Origin: Octopus sinensis
Taxonomy: Eukaryota
Assembly (NCBI RefSeq): GCF_006345805.1
Contig: NC_043013.1
Coordinates: 12,276,001-12,340,000, forward strand
Direction of reading: 5' to 3'
DNA length: 64,000 bases
Under the pieces are notes generated by a model, which was given only the letters and a program-made list of their open reading frames with translations, made no database searches and was not told the DNA's origin. This document shows positions 12,755-27,104 of the stretch, piece after piece; position 1 is the first letter of the stretch; each line of letters starts with the position of its first letter. The position numbers were made by a program, and so were the translations under genes.

Positions 12755-13565
12755 ATCATAGCAGCTCAAGATCAATGCCTACCTACAAGGAACTACCAGG
12801 CCAACATATTAAAGAACGGCAGTAGCCCAACATGTCGTGATGTCAACAACAAAATGAAACCATTGATCATGTTGTCTCCAAGTGCAGTCTTCTTGAGCCT
12901 ACAGAGTATCCCAACAGGCATAATAGAGCTGCACACTATATTCACTGGGTAATTTGCAAAAGCCTGGACTTACCTCATGATAAAAACTGGTGGAAACACA
13001 AACCACCTCCAGTGCTTGAAAATGACCACATCTCACTCCTTTGGAACTTCACCATTCAAACTGACAGAAAGATAGATGCAAATAGGCCAGACATCATATT
13101 GAAAGACTTCAGACAAAAAGCATGCCTCCTCATTGATATGACTGTCCCAATCGATATAAACGTATCTGTCAAAAACTGAGCAAATATAAAGATCTTGAAA
13201 TAGAAATCAGCAAAATGTGGAAGCTGAATACCTGTTGTCATAGGTGCCCTGGGAATGATAGCAAAAGGGGCTGATTGCTACCTAACTCAAAAACCTCAAA
13301 ATGGCAGAAATTAAAAAGATAGTGCTCATGGGAACTGTTCATATCCTACGCAAAATACTTTCTATGTAATCTCAAGTTTTAAAACAAACAATTTTCGTAT
13401 GGTTTTTTAGACATTCACTAGTACAACACTAAGTACAAAACCAAATATATAGCACCCTAGGCATAACACCAACATGAACTTCCAACTTGTTGTCTCTTCA
13501 GGTCTCTAGGTGAGACTTGGCGCCAACTTGTACAAATGTAAAGCAAAAGTCAAACATAGAATACT
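12755..13565 (+). mobile_element. R4/Dong-type LINE 3' fragment, second subfamily
   Basis: IIAAQDQCLPTRNYQANILKNGSSPTCR...; NRPDIILKDFRQKACLLIDMTVPID; ends in (AAT/AAC)n. Confidence 0.85.
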
Positions 13566-13574
13566 AATAATAAT

Positions 13575-13622
<48 letters not shown>

Positions 13623-13647
13623 AATAATAATAATAATAATAATAATA

Positions 13648-14385
<738 letters not shown>

Positions 14386-14394
14386 CCCTACCTT

Positions 14395-14820
14395 CTATAT
14401 GTACAAGACGAGAAATTTGGTGGAAGGAACTACTCGATTACATCTATCCCAGTGTTTCACTGGTATTTATTTTATCGCTCTCAAAGGAATGAGAAGCGAA
14501 GTCGGGCTCAGCGGAGTTTGAACTTAGAAGACGGACGAAACAACGCTAAGCATCTTGTCCGATGTGCTAACGATTCTGCCAGCTCGTCGATTCCCTTTGT
14601 TTTGTAATAATGGTTTCAAAGTTTGGCACAAGGCCAGCAAATTCGTGAGTGGGAATAAGCTGATTATACTGACCCCAGTACTCCACTGGTACTTATTTTA
14701 TCGACCTCGAAAGGATAAAAGTCGACTTCGGTAGAATTTTGGCCTGAGAAAGTAAAGACGGACGAAACGTCGCTAAGCATTTTGATCAGCGTGCTAACGA
14801 TTCTACCAGCTCACCGCCTT
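14395..14820 (-). mobile_element. Two adjacent SINE family C copies (14395-14588, 14622-14820)
   Basis: Both contain ctaagcat...gctaacgattct.ccagctc and gtcgac/atcgac blocks. Confidence 0.8.
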
Positions 14821-15625
14821 TCTTTGTTTTGTAATAATAATGCTTGTTGTTATTCTTCCACGTATTGCAGTCGCCGTTGCTGTTTATTCAAGTTGTAATC
14901 GCTGCTCTTAGTGTTGTAGGTGAGACTTTTATATATATATTGATGTTGCTCTGATGGAACAGAGCTTTGCTCAAGGACATTCCGAAGTGGCCACCTCGTC
15001 GTTCGCTCATCATCACCATTACAAACGCTAAAGCCATCATCACCATCATTACAACCATCAGAACCGCCATTCTTACCATCAGCCATATCTCCACCATCAC
15101 CATCACCACCACCATCACCATCACCACCACCATCACCATTATCAACACCACTCACGCATACACACACACACATGACGGAGATTTTGCTGCTATTTCTAGC
15201 AGGCAAGTGTGTCCATGCTGGAGGTACACTCGTTGACTTGATATCGCCGGTGTGTTTTGAGCTGTTCAGATTATTGTTGACGCTGACGTCATTGATGTTG
15301 TTATTATTAAGTCACGGTGAGCTACATCCGTGAGTGCTGCGGCACCGTCTCGTTTGACACCTCAGACGGCTTCCCATTAACACACGTGTGTTGCATGAGG
15401 TATACAGACGCACACACGCACGCAACACGCACACATACAAACCCATATAATATTGTGTGTGTGTATGTGTGTGTGTATGTGTGTGTGTGTCTTTGTGTGT
15501 TTCTGTGTGTGTATCCGTACGAACGTCCATATGCAAACAATGAAACTCGCGAGCAGACAACAAACGTTTTATTAATAAGTCTTTGTTCATTTCTCTTATT
15601 GACTTTCTCTCTCTTTATCTATCTG

Positions 15626-15689
<64 letters not shown>

Positions 15690-15690
15690 A

Positions 15691-15818
<128 letters not shown>

Positions 15819-15828
15819 ATATCTCGCC

Positions 15829-15861
<33 letters not shown>

Positions 15862-15894
15862 GATCTATCTATCTATCTATCTATCCATCCATCC

Positions 15895-15960
<66 letters not shown>

Positions 15961-15971
15961 ATATCTACTCA

Positions 15972-16007
<36 letters not shown>

Positions 16008-16826
16008 TATCTATCTCAATAACGCCCAGTCGTTGCTTCGATTTAAAATATATTACTTCCGCTTTTATTACATCACTTCCGCTGCCATCGATGCAATAGC
16101 AGGGAACACAGTCGCCAACAGGGAACAGCTGGACGACATAATGAATCTCTATGTGCTGCCCATTTCCTCTGCCTCATGTTTCCAGTCTGGACTGACAACA
16201 TCGTCATCATCATCATCATCATCGCCGTCGCCATCTTCGTCTTTCTTCATCTCTTCCAATTCCTCCTCTTCATCATCGTCATCACCTTTGTCACTGTCAT
16301 TGTGATCATTTCCATGGTGGCGACGGAGGGTATGATTGTCGTCGTCGTCGTCGTCATCATGGTGGTGGTGATGGTCGTCGTCGTACTCGTCGTATTCATC
16401 ACCATCCTCATCATCACCTAAACCAACACCACCAACAACACCACCATCATCTTCATCATCATTGTCATCGTCGTTGTCATCGTCTTCTTTCACCTCCTCC
16501 TCAGCCTCCTCTTCATCTTCATCATCACCTTTGTCATTATCCTCCTTGGTCATCCTTTCCATGGTCATCACCGTCATCATCATCATCACCACCAACGTCA
16601 TCATCATTGCTATCATCATGGCCATCGTCATCATCATCATCATCATGTAATCATAACGGAGTCATAGCACTGGACAATAAAGCATGTAATTACCATTCTT
16701 CGCTTTCTGATATCCTCTCTCTCTCTCTCTTCCCTCTCTTCCTTTCTCTCACACACTCACTATCTATCTATCTATTTATCTCCTTTTCTTTCTTCCTCTC
16801 TCTTTCATTCCCCCCTCTCTCTCTAG

Positions 16827-16921
16827 ATGAGGTGATAGCGATGAGAGTGCATGAGAGTATTAAGGAGAGCCACTACGACAAGTACCGCCGCGCACAATGT
16901 TACAGCCAAATGCAAATAACT
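16827..16921 (+). CDS. Candidate internal exon of an unidentified host gene
   Basis: Long polypyrimidine tract ending ctctctag|, donor |gtaagt, 95 nt, only one open frame (xEVIAMRVHESIKESHYDKYRRAQCYSQMQIT), non-repetitive composition. Protein family not recognised. Confidence 0.55.
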
Positions 16922-17491
16922 GTAAGTGGTGCTGACGAACAGAAATGGCAGCGAAATTTTCTTTCGAATCAGGTATTCGAGTATCATGTCAGAAAATGAG
17001 CCGAGATGGCCAGTGCTGAAACAGCCTTGATCATAATTGAACCTCATTAAGGTAGACCTGGGGTCATAGAACATAAACAATGATACCATTGCTACGACGA
17101 CGACGACAACCACCGCCACCACCACTACCACCAACACCACCACCAACAACAACACAGCAGCTACCACTATCACCACAAGCAGCATCAACATCAGCAGCAA
17201 CCGCACCAACACCGGCACCACCACCACCACCACCACCACCACCATCACAAATCTACTGCTATTACTACTACCACTACTACTATTACTGCTGCTACTCCCT
17301 TATTAGCACTAAGGTAATCAGTGCCACGACTACCTCCACCACAACTACCACCGCAATTATGAAACCCACCACCGTAACCACCACCACCATCACCACCACC
17401 ACCACCATCATCACCACCGGCAACAACAACGCCACTACTACCACCTAAACCACCGCTCACACCAACATCCCTTTTTACCTTTTTTCTGCAG

Positions 17492-17554
17492 ACAAAAGGG
17501 ACAAAATCGCTGCCACCACCTCCACCACCTCCTATTGAATCAAATGGACCATAA
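17492..17554 (+). CDS. Possible downstream/terminal exon
   Basis: Strong acceptor ctttttacctttttTctgcag|; phase-0 reading TKGTKSLPPPPPPPIESNGP* is phase-compatible with the 16827 exon. The poly-Pro could be microsatellite-derived. Confidence 0.3.
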   Translation, partial: TKGTKSLPPPPPPPIESNGP

Positions 17555-17862
17555 CGGCCAGAGAATGTGTCAGCGTGTTTATATAATACATACACACACA
17601 CACACATACGTACACACACATACATACATACATACATACATACATACATACATACATACATACATGCATACAAACATACATACATACATACATACATACC
17701 TACATACATACATACATACATACATACATACATTATCTATTATATATATTAATATATATATATATATATATTGCCTGAATAATCATGTTAATTCAGTGCA
17801 ATCATTAACAGTACTTTCAAGCAATTCAGCCCCGAGCAACGCGGGCAATTCTGCTAGTATAA

Positions 17863-17897
<35 letters not shown>

Positions 17898-17919
17898 ATA
17901 TATCTTTGTATATATATAC

Positions 17920-17960
<41 letters not shown>

Positions 17961-18899
17961 TTTATTATATATTATAGTATACATAAACGTCTGGATTGTC
18001 TAATCTCTCCCCGCTTACTATGGACTTACGCCACACACACACCACACACACACACACACATGTTTGTACGCGTTGAACTGAATCTGTGTGTACCTATATC
18101 TACATGTAAGTATATGTAAATATATATGTCTTTGGTTGTGTGTATGTGTATGTGTATATATGTACGTATATGCGCATTTATGTATGCATGTATGTATATA
18201 TGAATGTATATATGTGCGTATGAATGCATATTTGTATATATGTATTTTTGCATGCATGTATATATGTATGTATACATATATGTATGTATACATATATGTA
18301 TGTGTGTATATATGTAAGTATGTGAGCGTGTATATGTGCGTATGTATGCTTATATGTATATATGTATTCATGTAGTTATGCATGTATGTATGTATGAATG
18401 TATGTATGTAAGTATGTGAGTGTGTGTATGTGTGCATGTATGTATGTATGCATGCAATTCTGTCTGTCTGTCAGTATACATGTATGTATGCATTTGTGTA
18501 TTTATGCATGTATGTAAGTATGTGAGTGTGTATATTGAGTTTGTGTATGTTGTATGAATGCAAGCCAGTCTACCCGTATGTTTGTATGTATGTGAGTGTG
18601 TGTATGTGTGCATGTATGTATGTATGTATGCATGCCAGCCTGCCTGTCTGTTTGTCTGTCTGTATGTATGAAATCATCAAGCGTTCCGATTCTGTGGACA
18701 ATAACTTCATCGGTTCCAGGTTTCAAACAACCCAGTCTCCGGATCAGTGCATCTCCAATGGTGAATGACAAGGAAGTATACGGGCAGCTCGGGTGGAACA
18801 TGTATCGCAAAGTATTTTTGTTCGACGCACCATTACGTCGGCAATTGTCTTGCTAATGTGTATTACTTTCCATCAGTCTATATTTTGTCTTTTATCCTT

Positions 18900-19376
18900 T
18901 CTTTTGTTTGTTTCAGTCACTTGCCTGCGGCCATGTTGGAGCACCACTTCGAAGGAATTTTATTTAATCGAACAAATCGACCCCCAGGATATATTTTTTT
19001 AAAGCCTTGCACTTATTCTATCAATTCTTTTTGCCAAAGCGCTAAGTTAGGGGTAGGTAAACACACCAAGACCATTGGTGGAGGGCAAACAAAACACAAG
19101 AATGCACACACATGCACACACATGGATATATATACAAGCATATTTATACACATACACACACACACACATACACACACACACACATACACATATATATATA
19201 CATATAGATAGATAGATAGAGACGACGAGCTTCTTTGAGTTTCCGTCTACCAAACCCACACATCGGGCTTTGGTCGGCTTAGGGTTCTAGTAGAAGACAT
19301 TTGCACAAGGTGCTATGCAGTGGGACTGAACCCGGAATCATGTGGTTGAGAAGCATGCTTTTATCCACACAGCCAT
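18900..19376 (-). mobile_element. SINE family A, full copy
   Basis: Head 19220-19376 and tail 18900-19100 separated by a (CA/TA)n tract. Confidence 0.85.
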
Positions 19377-19471
19377 ATACATATATACATACATACATAT
19401 ATACATAGTTACATAGATACATAGATACATACATACATACAACATACATACATACATGCATATATATATAT

Positions 19472-19543
<72 letters not shown>

Positions 19544-19703
19544 ATATATATATATATCATGCATTTTAATATATTTCACACATACATACACATCTCGATT
19601 GTCTAATCGCTCCTCACTTACAATGTACTTACGCCACGCGCGCGAGCACACACACACACACGTATGTAAATGTGTATATGTGCGCCTATATATGTGTGTG
19701 TGC

Positions 19704-19743
<40 letters not shown>

Positions 19744-20274
19744 TGTGTGTGGTAGTGTGTGTGGGGTGTGTATTCTCGAATTTGTGTAGAATAATATATC
19801 AGTTGAATAAAGTTACAACATGGTTTGGTCTTCACGTTTTTTGTTATTTTATTTGAAAAACATTTTTTACAATGTTTGAGGTGTGTTAAACGTTAAATAG
19901 ATATTTCGTAAATATTCATAACGTTCTATTAGCGCTTTCATACGTTCGTAGTAATCATCAGATTTCAAAATGTATTAATTGACAATTGAGTTCAGTACTT
20001 GACAATCGTAATGATTTGGATTAAAGCCTTCTCGTTCCATGTTTGGCGTGCAAATTCTTATGTATGTATGTATGTATGTATGTATGTATGTATGTATGTA
20101 TGTATGTATGTATGTATGTATGTATGTATGTATGTATGTATGTATGTATGTATGTATGTATGTATGTATGTATGTATGTATGTATGTATGTATGTATGTA
20201 TTTATGTATGTGGTTTTCACTATGTGACCAAATATATATAGTTGTTGTTGTCTTTTGTTCCTTCTCGAGTCATG

Positions 20275-21097
20275 CCTGGCTCATAAGGGTCAGTTTCTCG
20301 GTTTCATTGGCGTATAACGTTTCACAACTGAATGGGACGCGAAATTCTTTTTTCCCCACGAGAGTTCCGGACTCCAGTAATGAACTCATTTGCAGACAGC
20401 CAATCAGAACTCATCTTGGCCTTGTTGTCAAGTTAACAAACACACTCTCCCAAATACATTCAAGACGAGGAACGATGTCGTAGATCGATCGATCGATCGC
20501 CAAGTTATGCCTGATTTTAGGAGACAAGTAATTAGATAGATTTGCATCTATACCTATTATCAGATTTTGTTAGGGATCCATATGGTAAAAATATGGATGG
20601 GAAGAATGTGGGTAGAGGGTGACGTGCTAACAACCCTTTAAAAAGTAAAGAACGCAAATAACTACGCAGAGGCAGCCATGGTTGAAACAAGTACAAGATC
20701 AAAGAGCCCTATTAAAAGAGAAAAGAATAATGATCATTCCTTACCCAAGTGACCTTATCTTATCGTACATCGCTTCTTATGCGCTCATGAATTAATTTGA
20801 TAGTTGAGCTCTGATTGGCTGTATGTAAATGAGTTCATAATTGGGATCCGGAACTCTCGTGGGAAAAAAAGTTCGCGGACGGAACGCCGGTCCGTCGCAA
20901 GAGAGCTGCTGGAGGGAAGAGTGAGAGAAAATTGTGGTGAAAGAGTCAGTAGAAGTTCGCCATTACCTTCTGTCGGAGCCGCGTGGAGCTTAGGTGTTTT
21001 CGCTCATAAACACACACATCACCTGGTCTGAGAGTCGAACCCGCGACCCCTCGCACGCGAGTCCGCTGCTCTATCCACTAGGCCATGTGCCTCCACA
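20275..21097 (-). mobile_element. SINE family D (tRNA-derived) interrupted by a TIR element
   Basis: Head gtggaggcacatggcctagtgg...gggttcgactctc at 21020-21097; tail matches 53075-53200 on both sides of the insert. Confidence 0.75.
20339..20876. mobile_element. Non-autonomous TIR element (~75-bp TIRs, probable 9-bp TSD; Mutator-like)
   Basis: gcgaaattctttttccccacgagagttccggactcc...gccaatcagaactc versus gagctctgattggc...ggatccggaactctcgtgggaaaaaaagttcgc; flanks gaatgggac (20330-20338) and ggacggaac (20877-20885). Confidence 0.75.
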
Positions 21098-21526
21098 AAT
21101 ATATATTAATTTCATGTAAAATAAGCACCAGATATGCTTTGCCCCAAGCAGAAACTGCAGGAGTCTGAATCCACTGCAATGTCGGAAACACTTCCGCTTC
21201 ACCCAGAAGGTATCTCAGGGTCATAACCGTTTCGCCCTTTATCCTCTATGCATTGCTTGAATGGGGCAGCAAGGAAGGATCCACCTGCGATCTACTATCA
21301 GCCACGGTCACCGTAAACTGCTTTCAAAAGCCGTGCCTTTCTGCTTAATGGCTGTGTTCTGCTGTTTGGATTCCAAACTAATCTTAAATAATTACGTAAC
21401 TAATTACGATATACACAATTATTAATTTGTGCGAATGTCCTCGTTGTTGTAACTGTGGTTTATTGCAGTGTGAGAAACTGATAGACATGATGGCGACATA
21501 GAAAAGAATATTAGAGTTTATGTTAA

Positions 21527-21702
21527 TAGGCGTAAGAGTGGCTGTGTGGTAAGTAGCTTGCTTACCAACCACATGGTTCCGAGTTCAGCCCCACTGCGAG
21601 ACACCTTGGGCAAGTGTCTTCTACTATAGCCCCGGGCCGACCAAAGCCTTGTGAGTGGATTTGGTAGACGGAAACTGAAAGAAGCCCGTCGTTATATATG
21701 TA

Positions 21703-21766
<64 letters not shown>

Positions 21767-21938
21767 TAATGCAATACAAAGTATTGCCTTCCAGTAAAAA
21801 GTAGCCCGTGAGGGAAAAATACACAAATTAGTAAATAAATGGCACAACTAAGTACCGATATTTACTGGAAATAGCGAACGTAAATATCGGTACTTAGTTG
21901 TGCCATTTATTTACTAATTTGTATATATATATATATAC

Positions 21939-21988
<50 letters not shown>

Positions 21989-22190
21989 TTTTCTCTGTCT
22001 GTGTTTGTCCACCTAACATCGCTTGACAACCGATGCTGGTGTGTTTACCTCCCCGTAACTTAACGGTTCGGCAAAAGAGACCGATAGAATAAGTACTCGG
22101 CTTACAAAGAATAAGTCCTGGGGGTGTCGATTTGCTCGACTAAAGGCGGTGCTCCAGCATGGCCGCAGTCAAATGACTGAAACAAGTACT
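21527..22190 (+). mobile_element. SINE family A, full copy with insert in its internal (TA)n
   Basis: A-box-like tggctgtgtgg, B-box-like gagttcagcccc, then ccttgggcaagtgtctt; tail ends aaatgactgaaacaagta. Confidence 0.9.
21823..21922. repeat. Perfect 43-bp inverted repeat with 14-nt spacer
   Basis: acaaattagtaaataaatggcacaactaagtaccgatatttac-tggaaatagcgaac-gtaaatatcggtacttagttgtgccatttatttactaatttgt. Confidence 0.97.
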
Positions 22191-23244
22191 GCTTGTTTAG
22201 GCTTTCAGGTTTAATAGTATTATGTGATGTGTGTGAAGACATGTACCGCAGTGTTTTGGCGTGCGCGCGTGTATGTGTGCTTGCGTGGTTTTGTGGATTT
22301 CCGGGGGGGGGGGTGCGTTTTGTCCTTGAGCAAGACACTTTATTCTACGTGGCTCCACACCATTGACCAGGTAAGAATGTGTTGTACCTGTAATTCAAAG
22401 GCTCAGCCTTGTCGGATTCTGAGTCACGCCGAACCTCCTCTCTGAAGACTACCTTACGGGTAGATGTGTCGATGGAGTGCTCAGCCACTTTGCACGTTAA
22501 ATTCACGAGTAGAATGTTCTGTTGATCCGATCAACTGGAACACACGTCGTCGTAACCGGCGGAATACCAGTAATGATTTTAAAATGTGTGTGTGTGTTGT
22601 GTGTGTGTGTGTCTGTGTGTGTGTGTGTGTCTATCTGTCTGTGTGTCTGTGTGTCTCACTTATATATCAAGGATTCGATAAGCAACATGGTTTTGGACGA
22701 TGGCGAAATGCAGTCTGGATATTACGTCACAGCTTTTCCTGTCTCCTTTCCTCATTCCTCTTGAACTCTCTCATCCACTCATCCAGGCAAGCAAACATAA
22801 CGCACGTTAATTATCCTTATACAAATAAAGTAATTAGCTAATTACTCACACTCATTAAGTTACGTTTAGAACCTAATTACAGTTAGGCTAACAGTAAATA
22901 GGCGCATAGGTGCAGTTCTGAGTGGGTTCGATCTCAGAACAGCAAGAATTAGCCACCTGTCTTCCACTATAGCCTGCGATTACTGTTATTCAGCGAATGA
23001 AATTTAATAGAAACTGTTTGGAATCCTTAGTTTCTGTCAATCTATCTCAAGTAAAAGAGTAAAAGAATATATACATGTATATATATATATATGTATATAT
23101 ATATATACATACACACATATATATATGTATGTATGTATGTGTGTATACATGTGTATATATATATATACATATATACAGATGTATACACACACATGTATAT
23201 ATATATATAATCAAAATAATCAATATATATATATATATACATAT

Positions 23245-23408
23245 ATACGACGGGCTTCTTTCAGTTTCCGTCTACCAAATCCACTCACAAGGCTTTGGTC
23301 GGCCCGAGGCTATAGTAGAAGACACTTGCCCAAGGTGCTACGCAGTGGGACTGAACCCGAAACCATGTGGTTGGTAAGCAAGCTACTTACCACACAGCCA
23401 CGCCTGCG
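23245..23408 (-). mobile_element. SINE family A head
   Basis: Near-consensus reverse complement of 21527-21690. Confidence 0.9.
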
Positions 23409-23630
23409 ACTATAAGGTCTTCTCTACATCAGTCTGTCTCCGATAATCTGACGAGGTGAACGTGTCCTATGCCAACGAAACTTCAAGCAATGTTGAACTG
23501 AGTCAAAATTGCTGTTGAATGCATTTAACCCGAACAAAATATGAATGTTACTTTTTCATATTTGTTCGCTCACTCGTGTGTGTGTCTGTCCTTACACACA
23601 CACAAAACATATTATATAAATATATATATG

Positions 23631-23680
<50 letters not shown>

Positions 23681-23722
23681 GTATATATATATATATTATA
23701 TATATATATATATGTGTATATA

Positions 23723-23769
<47 letters not shown>

Positions 23770-23783
23770 GTATGTATATATAT

Positions 23784-23816
<33 letters not shown>

Positions 23817-23951
23817 GTATATATATATGTATGTATATATATATGTATGTATGTATGTATATACATGTATGCATATATATATATGTATACATGTATATAT
23901 ATATGTATGTATATGTGTATATATATGTATGTATGTATGTATATATATGTA

Positions 23952-24052
<101 letters not shown>

Positions 24053-24387
24053 GCATAAGCATATCCGGTTCTTAAGTTCGTATAATAAATCTTGTGTTTC
24101 ATGCTCAGCCATTTTTCATATTTATTTATGCAGATTCTTGTTTGTTCAATTTAATATTTGTTTTCCTTAGTTCTCATATCGTATTTATATGCTTAGACGT
24201 ATGTGTGTGTGCGTGTGTGTGCATGCGCGCGCACATGTGTGTGTATGTGTGTACATGTGCATGCTTCTATATATTTAATACACGTGTATACATGTATATA
24301 CAATATAGTATATATATATATATATATATATCTATCTTTCCTCCCTCTCTCCCTCTCTCCTTCTCGCTGTATATATATATATACATA

Positions 24388-24435
<48 letters not shown>

Positions 24436-24519
24436 ATATATATGTATGTATGTATGTGTGTGCCTGTGTATATGTTGTGTGTGTGTGCGTGCGTGTGTGT
24501 TTATCTTTTATCTTCTAAT

Positions 24520-24614
24520 TGTTTCGGGGACGTAAACACCCAACACCAGTTGTCAAGCGGTGATCGAAGGACAAACCAGACACAGACACACACACATACA
24601 CACAGACACAAACA

Positions 24615-24691
<77 letters not shown>

Positions 24692-25207
24692 CGACGGGTT
24701 TCTTTCAGGTTCTCTCGACGAAATCCGCTCACAAGGCTTTGGTCGGTACGAGGCTATACTACAAGACACTTGCCGAAAGTGCCACGCAGTGGGACTGAAC
24801 CCGGAACCATGCGTTTGTCAATGCAAGTGTTGAAGTGGTGCAAGTTTTATGTAAAAATCTCAGTGAAGGAGTGTGAAAATGTATGTTAGAGGTTGTGTTG
24901 ATCTGTGCATGCGCGCGCATGCGCATTTCGCTATGTTTTTATTCTTTTATTCTTTTACTTGTTTCAGTCATTTTGACTACAGCCATGCTGGAGCACCGCC
25001 TTAAAGGGTTCTAGTCGAAGAAATCGACCCCATCACTTATTTTTCGCGAACCTAGTACTAATTCTATCGGTTCTTTCGACGAACTGCTAAGTTACGGTGA
25101 CTTAAACACACCAACATCGGTTGTCAACCGATGGTGGGGGAACACAGACACAACGACACACATACATATATGTGTGTATACACACACACACACACACACA
25201 CATACAC

Positions 25208-25262
<55 letters not shown>

Positions 25263-25382
25263 GACGAACCTCTTTCAGTTTCCCTCTACCAAATCCACTC
25301 ATAAGGTTTTGGTCAATCCGAGGCTATAGTAAAAGACACTTGTCCAAGGTACCACGCAGTGGGACTGAACCCGGAACTATGT
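24520..25382 (-). mobile_element. Two SINE family A copies (24520-24812, 24945-25382)
   Basis: Each shows tail, (CA)n(TA)n and head in reverse orientation. Confidence 0.85.
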
Positions 25383-26098
25383 GTGTGAATAAATGTGTAA
25401 GGAACGCATATACCTGTATTACTATATTTAAGCGTATATCTATGTGTTCATACATTCGAATTAGTTCAAACGATTATACACCCTAGAATGTGGATGTATA
25501 TAGATCCATAGTGGCTGTCCACTGGTTCTCGTTTAAGACCACGCCTTGAGATTAAGAGTACAGATATTAGCGCTTGCGTGTATTCAGATGGCTTTCAAAC
25601 TCTGAAAGACTTTAAAAAAAGCTTTATTACACATTGAAACAAGCGAACTGATTGAGAACAGGAAGCTACTTGTATTCTCCTATGGCGTTTTAGGCCCCCA
25701 ACGGTTTTACAGACTTTATTGCATTCGGGACGTATTATGTCATTTTAACAGATTGTGAGTTATAGTTTGGGTGCGGTTATACGCGCTCAGATGACTAACT
25801 CGCCCTGCCTTGTTGAGACAGAACCCTCCCATATGCTTCGCAGATAAAATCCTCTTTGTACGATATGTTGATATTTTCGTGTCGACGAGTTGCACGATTT
25901 TGGTGTTCTCTTCGGTTCATTTCAAACTGTTTTGGCAGATTCGGATGAAATGTTCCTTCAAAAGGTTCTGTTATACGCTGGATTTTTTCCCCTCTTCTTA
26001 GATCATCGAGTGGATATAATGGTTTCTTTTAAGGAATTTTAACTTGCATGTTCAGTGATTCCCAGAAGAATACACATACAAACACGCACACACACACA

Positions 26099-26140
<42 letters not shown>

Positions 26141-26388
26141 TCGTACATACATGCATTCATATATACATACATATATACGTACGTAAATAGATAACGAAAT
26201 GCATACTTACATATATAGCTATATGTATACATGTGTATATCTACATCTATCTATCTAGCTTTGTGTGTATGTGTGTGTATGTGTCTGTCTATATGTGTGC
26301 ATGTGTGTATGTATGTATATATACTGTATATAAACATGTGAATATAAATACACACGTATATATATATGTATGTTTGTATATATATATT

Positions 26389-26420
<32 letters not shown>

Positions 26421-26434
26421 CATATGTGTGTGTG

Positions 26435-26644
26435 AAGGCGCATGGCTTAGTGGTTAAAGTTTTGCACTCACGATTGCGAGATCGTGGGTTCGATTCCCAG
26501 ACCGGGTGTCGCGTTGTGTTCTTGAGCAAAACACTTCATTTCACACGTTGCTCTGCGATCGTTTCGACATCTGACGTGTGGCACCCGTTGAACCCGTACA
26601 GGTAATGTCGATCTGATGGACGGAGTGTCTAACAACAGGAGAGT

Positions 26645-26650
<6 letters not shown>
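26435..26650 (+). mobile_element. SINE family E
   Basis: A box TGGCTTAGTGG, B box GGTTCGATTCC, then tgttcttgagcaaaacacttc. Confidence 0.85.
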
Positions 26651-26683
<33 letters not shown>

Positions 26684-26723
26684 CATACATACACACTACA
26701 CACACACGCACACGCACACACAC

Positions 26724-26765
<42 letters not shown>

Positions 26766-26797
26766 TCATATATGTATATATATATATATATATCGTT

Positions 26798-27104
<307 letters not shown>

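Noticed and set aside
22672-22787. Possible GC-AG exon (GFDKQHGFGRWRNAVW...)
   Set aside because: Weak acceptor, low-complexity 3' half, no homology recognised.
23440-23500. ctgacga...gaaac hammerhead-like spacing
   Set aside because: Stem II does not pair and there is no NUH site.
25560-25700. Tc1 transposase C-terminal relic (VYSDGFQTLKDFKK)
   Set aside because: Too short and degenerate; no DDE motif or TIR found.
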